From an uncultured Hyphomicrobiales bacterium (GTDB lineage Bacteria > Bacteroidota > Ignavibacteria > Kapaibacteriales > UBA2268), in the NCBI GenBank assembly GCA_964577665.1, contig CAZOBD010000004.1, positions 81 through 64,080 of the forward strand: a stretch of DNA of 64,000 nt, read 5' to 3'. The notes beneath the pieces were generated by a model. It did no database searches. It was given only the letters and a program-made list of their open reading frames with translations, and was not told the origin of the DNA. A program made the position numbers and the translations under genes. Shown here piece by piece: positions 60,865-64,000 of this stretch; the stretch's first letter is position 1, and every line of letters begins with the position of its first letter.

Positions 60865-63240
60865 TTAGAACTCAACTAAGGTAATGCCGTCGCCGCCCTC
60901 TTCTATTGTTCCGAGGCGGAAGTTTTGAACGGAAGGGTGATGCTGTAAGAAATCATGAACTGCTTTTCGCAATGCGCCCGTTCCTTTGCCGTGAATGATA
61001 TTTAAAAAACTTATACTTCCAAGAAGAGCATCGGATATATAGGTATCAAGCTCTTGCAGTGCTTCGTTTGCTCTCATGCCTCTTAAATCCACCTGCGAGC
61101 GGGCTCCGTAGTTCATATAATCAAGTGCTGACGATTTTTTATCACGTTTTCTTTCCACTTCATGAAGTTTGCTCAGTTTAGTCCTGAACTTCATTCCGCC
61201 GAAATCAACAAGTGCAGTTTTACCGTTGCTGTCGAGTTCGATTATTGTGCCTACATTCGAACTGTCTTCCATTGCTACGCTGTCTCCTTCGTGGAATTCT
61301 TTTTTCTCATGCATTTTCTGCTTTTTATCAAGGCGTTCGGCAATAGATTCAATTTCTTTCTTGCGTTCTTCATATTCTTTTTTTATATCTCTTATAGGAC
61401 GTTTCTGTTCATTTATTTCGCTGATAGCATTTTCGATTAATTTATTTGCTCCGTCAACAATTTCTCTTGCTTCGTCGCGTGCCTCGTCCATTATTTTGCT
61501 TCGCTTTTGCTTTATTTCGCTGAATTTTTCTTCGAATTTCTTTCTTTCTTCTTCGGCTTTTAGTTTTTCTCTGCGGGCTTCGGTGTGATAGCGCCCGGCT
61601 TCGGCTTTGTATTTTTGTAAAATAGAAATACTTTCTTCAAGCTCAGATTGCTTTTTACCGAGATAAGACTTAGCTCTTTCAATAATATGCTTTGGAAGCC
61701 CTAAGCTTTCCGCAAGAATAAAAGCATAGCTGTTTCCGGGTACTCCCGCTAAGAAATTATAGGTCGGCACAAGATTTTTATCGTCAAACTCAAGTGAAGC
61801 ATTTTCGATTACGTCTTTCGTAAGGGCATAGCTTTTCAAAGAAGACTGGTGCGTAGTGGCTACAAAGAAGACTTTCCTCTCTATCAGGCTGTCCAATATG
61901 CCCGAAGCAAGCGCCGAGCCTTCCTGAGGATCTGTTCCAGAGCCGATTTCGTCTATTAAAACAAGCGCATCGCCCGCACATTCATTTAAAATGTTATTCA
62001 GCTTAATTATTTGTGAGCTGAACGTACTCAAATCATTTTCAATTGACTGATGATCTCCAATGTAAGAGAATACAGTCCTGATATTTGTTCTGCACTGGCC
62101 CAAAGGAAAAATTCCGCTTAAGGCAAGAGCTAAATTTAGCCCGATACTCTTCAATGCAACCGTTTTCCCGCCGGCATTCGGTCCCGAAATAAGATGTCCG
62201 CGCTTGTCCGAAGTGAAATCTATCGTCAGCGGAATCACATTTTTCATGCCCTTACTGTGGACAAGCAGGGGATGGCGCGCATTTAACAGCGAAACTTCGT
62301 TTTCTTCCGTTATCTCAGGCTTTATGCCCCCGTACTCGAGGGCATATTGCGCTTTTGCAATCACTGAATCATAGTGCGAAAGAATATCCACCGACCTCAA
62401 AAACTCATGCGCCTCCTGCCCGATCTCTTGCGTTATCTGCTGTAATATTTTAAATATCTCCCGCTTCTCTTCATTCAGCAGCAAAGAGATTTCATTGTTC
62501 TTTTCAATGATTTCCGACGGCTCCAAAAAGACTGTTGCCCCCGTTTGACTGACTCCGTGGATGATCCCATGGATATGACGCTTATGCTCGGCTTTTACCG
62601 GCAGCACAAAACGCCCTTCCCGCATCGTTACGAAGTCTTCCTGCGTCATATCGTCCTCACTTACCTGCTTCAAAAGCTTTTGAAGCCGGCTTCGTAGGCT
62701 TTGAGACTTCTCAAAAAGTGATCGCCGTATCTTCTGAAGCTCCCGCGTGGCATTATCGCGCACTTGACCGTTCTCATCGATGGCATCTGTTATGTGCTTC
62801 TCAAGTATTCTGTTCTCATGCAGCTCTAATGCCTCCTCCGCAAGCAGCGGATACTTCTCCTCTCGCTGTAAAAAATACTTTTTAACCAGCCGAGACACCC
62901 TTACAGCATCAAAAACCGTCAGCGCATCGGTTGAAGAAAGCACCGCATTCTCTATCAGGCTCTTATGAAGCTTCGGTTTCACCTCCCCGACGCCTTCTAA
63001 CGGTATCTCATCATCTTCCGTCATTAGCTGTGTCATTTCAAACGTCATTTCATGCTCCTGCCGCAGCCAATAAACCTCTTTTTGCGGCTCCGAACGCAGT
63101 ATTAAATGCTGCCCGCCGCCTGTACGGCAGTACTTACCGATTTTTTCCAGCACCGAATAAAATTCCAGCTCCTTCAAAGTCTCTTCCGCCAGCATCTGTT
63201 CGCTTTTTTTCCTCTCCTCAGCCAATTTTTCCAATTCCAT
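60865..63240 (-). CDS. mutS2: Endonuclease MutS2 (MutS domain + C-terminal Smr domain)
   Basis: 791 aa; Walker A GPNAGGKT; C-terminal Smr (…LNIIHGKGTGALRKAVHDFL…). Confidence 0.9.
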   Translation of the reverse strand: MELEKLAEERKKSEQMLAEETLKELEFYSVLEKIGKYCRTGGGQHLILRSEPQKEVYWLRQEHEMTFEMTQLMTEDDEIPLEGVGEVKPKLHKSLIENAVLSSTDALTVFDAVRVSRLVKKYFLQREEKYPLLAEEALELHENRILEKHITDAIDENGQVRDNATRELQKIRRSLFEKSQSLRSRLQKLLKQVSEDDMTQEDFVTMREGRFVLPVKAEHKRHIHGIIHGVSQTGATVFLEPSEIIEKNNEISLLLNEEKREIFKILQQITQEIGQEAHEFLRSVDILSHYDSVIAKAQYALEYGGIKPEITEENEVSLLNARHPLLVHSKGMKNVIPLTIDFTSDKRGHLISGPNAGGKTVALKSIGLNLALALSGIFPLGQCRTNIRTVFSYIGDHQSIENDLSTFSSQIIKLNNILNECAGDALVLIDEIGSGTDPQEGSALASGILDSLIERKVFFVATTHQSSLKSYALTKDVIENASLEFDDKNLVPTYNFLAGVPGNSYAFILAESLGLPKHIIERAKSYLGKKQSELEESISILQKYKAEAGRYHTEARREKLKAEEERKKFEEKFSEIKQKRSKIMDEARDEAREIVDGANKLIENAISEINEQKRPIRDIKKEYEERKKEIESIAERLDKKQKMHEKKEFHEGDSVAMEDSSNVGTIIELDSNGKTALVDFGGMKFRTKLSKLHEVERKRDKKSSALDYMNYGARSQVDLRGMRANEALQELDTYISDALLGSISFLNIIHGKGTGALRKAVHDFLQHHPSVQNFRLGTIEEGGDGITLVEF

Positions 63241-63247
63241 AAACCAT

Positions 63248-63694
63248 TTATCCCAGTAATTCTTTCACAATTTCCTGTACTTTCTTCCCATCGGCACGTC
63301 CTTTCAGCTCTTTCATTGCCGCTCCCATCACTTTTCCCATATCTTTCATCGACGAAGCACCTTCTGACGCGATTTTTTCCTTCACTAACGCTCTAATTTC
63401 TTCATCTGTCAGTTGTTTCGGAAAAAATTCCTCAATCAATTCCAGTTCTTCACGCTCTTTTTCATACAATTCAAATCTTTCCGCCTTTTCGTACAGCTCC
63501 ATTGCTTCTTTTCGCTTCTTTGCCGCAGAATTTAAAATCATCAATTCATCATCTTCATTCATTTCCCTGTCTGCGCCGCTCTTATTAAACTCTATTATCG
63601 CCGCCCGAAGCATCCGTAACGCATTCAAACGATTCTTTGCACCGCTTTTCATAGCAGCTTTCATCTCTTTATTAACCTTTAACTCAAGTTCCAT
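63248..63694 (-). CDS. yqeY: GatB/YqeY domain protein
   Basis: 148 aa; …EMKAAMKSGAKNRLNALRMLRAAI… typical YqeY. Confidence 0.8.
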   Translation of the reverse strand: MELELKVNKEMKAAMKSGAKNRLNALRMLRAAIIEFNKSGADREMNEDDELMILNSAAKKRKEAMELYEKAERFELYEKEREELELIEEFFPKQLTDEEIRALVKEKIASEGASSMKDMGKVMGAAMKELKGRADGKKVQEIVKELLG

Positions 63695-63887
63695 AGTATT
63701 TGACCCGATTTATTCTTAATATTAACAAATTTCTACACAAAAAAACACTGTTTGAATTAGATATACTATCAAAGCGGCTAAACATTGTATTATCGCATGA
63801 AAATTTTAAACCTTCTGTAACTTTACTTAACAAAATATTTTTACCGCAAAACGTATTTTATGTAAAAATTTCTTATATTTACGTCTT

Positions 63888-64000
63888 ATGAATGAAAAAG
63901 TAAAATATTGGGTCGAACTCGCAGAATATGATTTGCGAACCGCAGATGCAATGCACTCTACCGGAAGATATTTATACGTCGGTTTTATGTGTCATCAAAC
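63888..64000 (+). CDS. HEPN-domain protein (5' partial, continues beyond window)
   Basis: MNEKVKYWVELAEYDLRTADAMHSTGRYLYVGFMCHQ… matches HEPN N-terminal helix pattern (A.YDL..A…….RYLY..F..HQ). Confidence 0.45.
   Translation, partial: MNEKVKYWVELAEYDLRTADAMHSTGRYLYVGFMCHQ

Overview
The window is AT-rich and looks like it comes from a Bacteroidota/Ignavibacteriota-like (FCB-group) bacterium. This is an inference from the many large secreted proteins that end in a Por/T9SS-type C-terminal sorting domain. Housekeeping genes on either side are confidently recognisable: rpsF-rplI, ribD, ltaE, cydAB, pgk-gap, dnaE, folD, pepD, mutS2 and yqeY. The more accessory content comprises seven T9SS cargo genes, namely two tandem BNR/Asp-box beta-propeller paralogs, two mosaic WD40-like paralogs flanking a VapBC toxin-antitoxin pair, a 1434-aa BNR plus HEXXH metalloprotease, a GH31 glycosidase and an Omp28-like protein. 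There is also a REC-PAS-HisKA_3 hybrid kinase, a polar-amino-acid ABC importer with a fused SBP-permease, an MNT/HEPN pair, and a PIN/VapC module. The most unusual signal is not a protein. At least seven intergenic loci carry mosaics of the same short palindromic modules (REP/MITE-like) in different combinations and orientations. These include a 3x50-bp tandem array and G-rich hairpins with G-quadruplex potential. One mosaic has truncated a nitrilase gene exactly at the repeat boundaries. A related palindrome family (GATGTCNNACATC arms) forms most of the recognisable rho-independent terminators. No rRNA, tRNA or CRISPR array was found. All calls are based on reading the translated ORFs and the DNA by eye; no searches were run.
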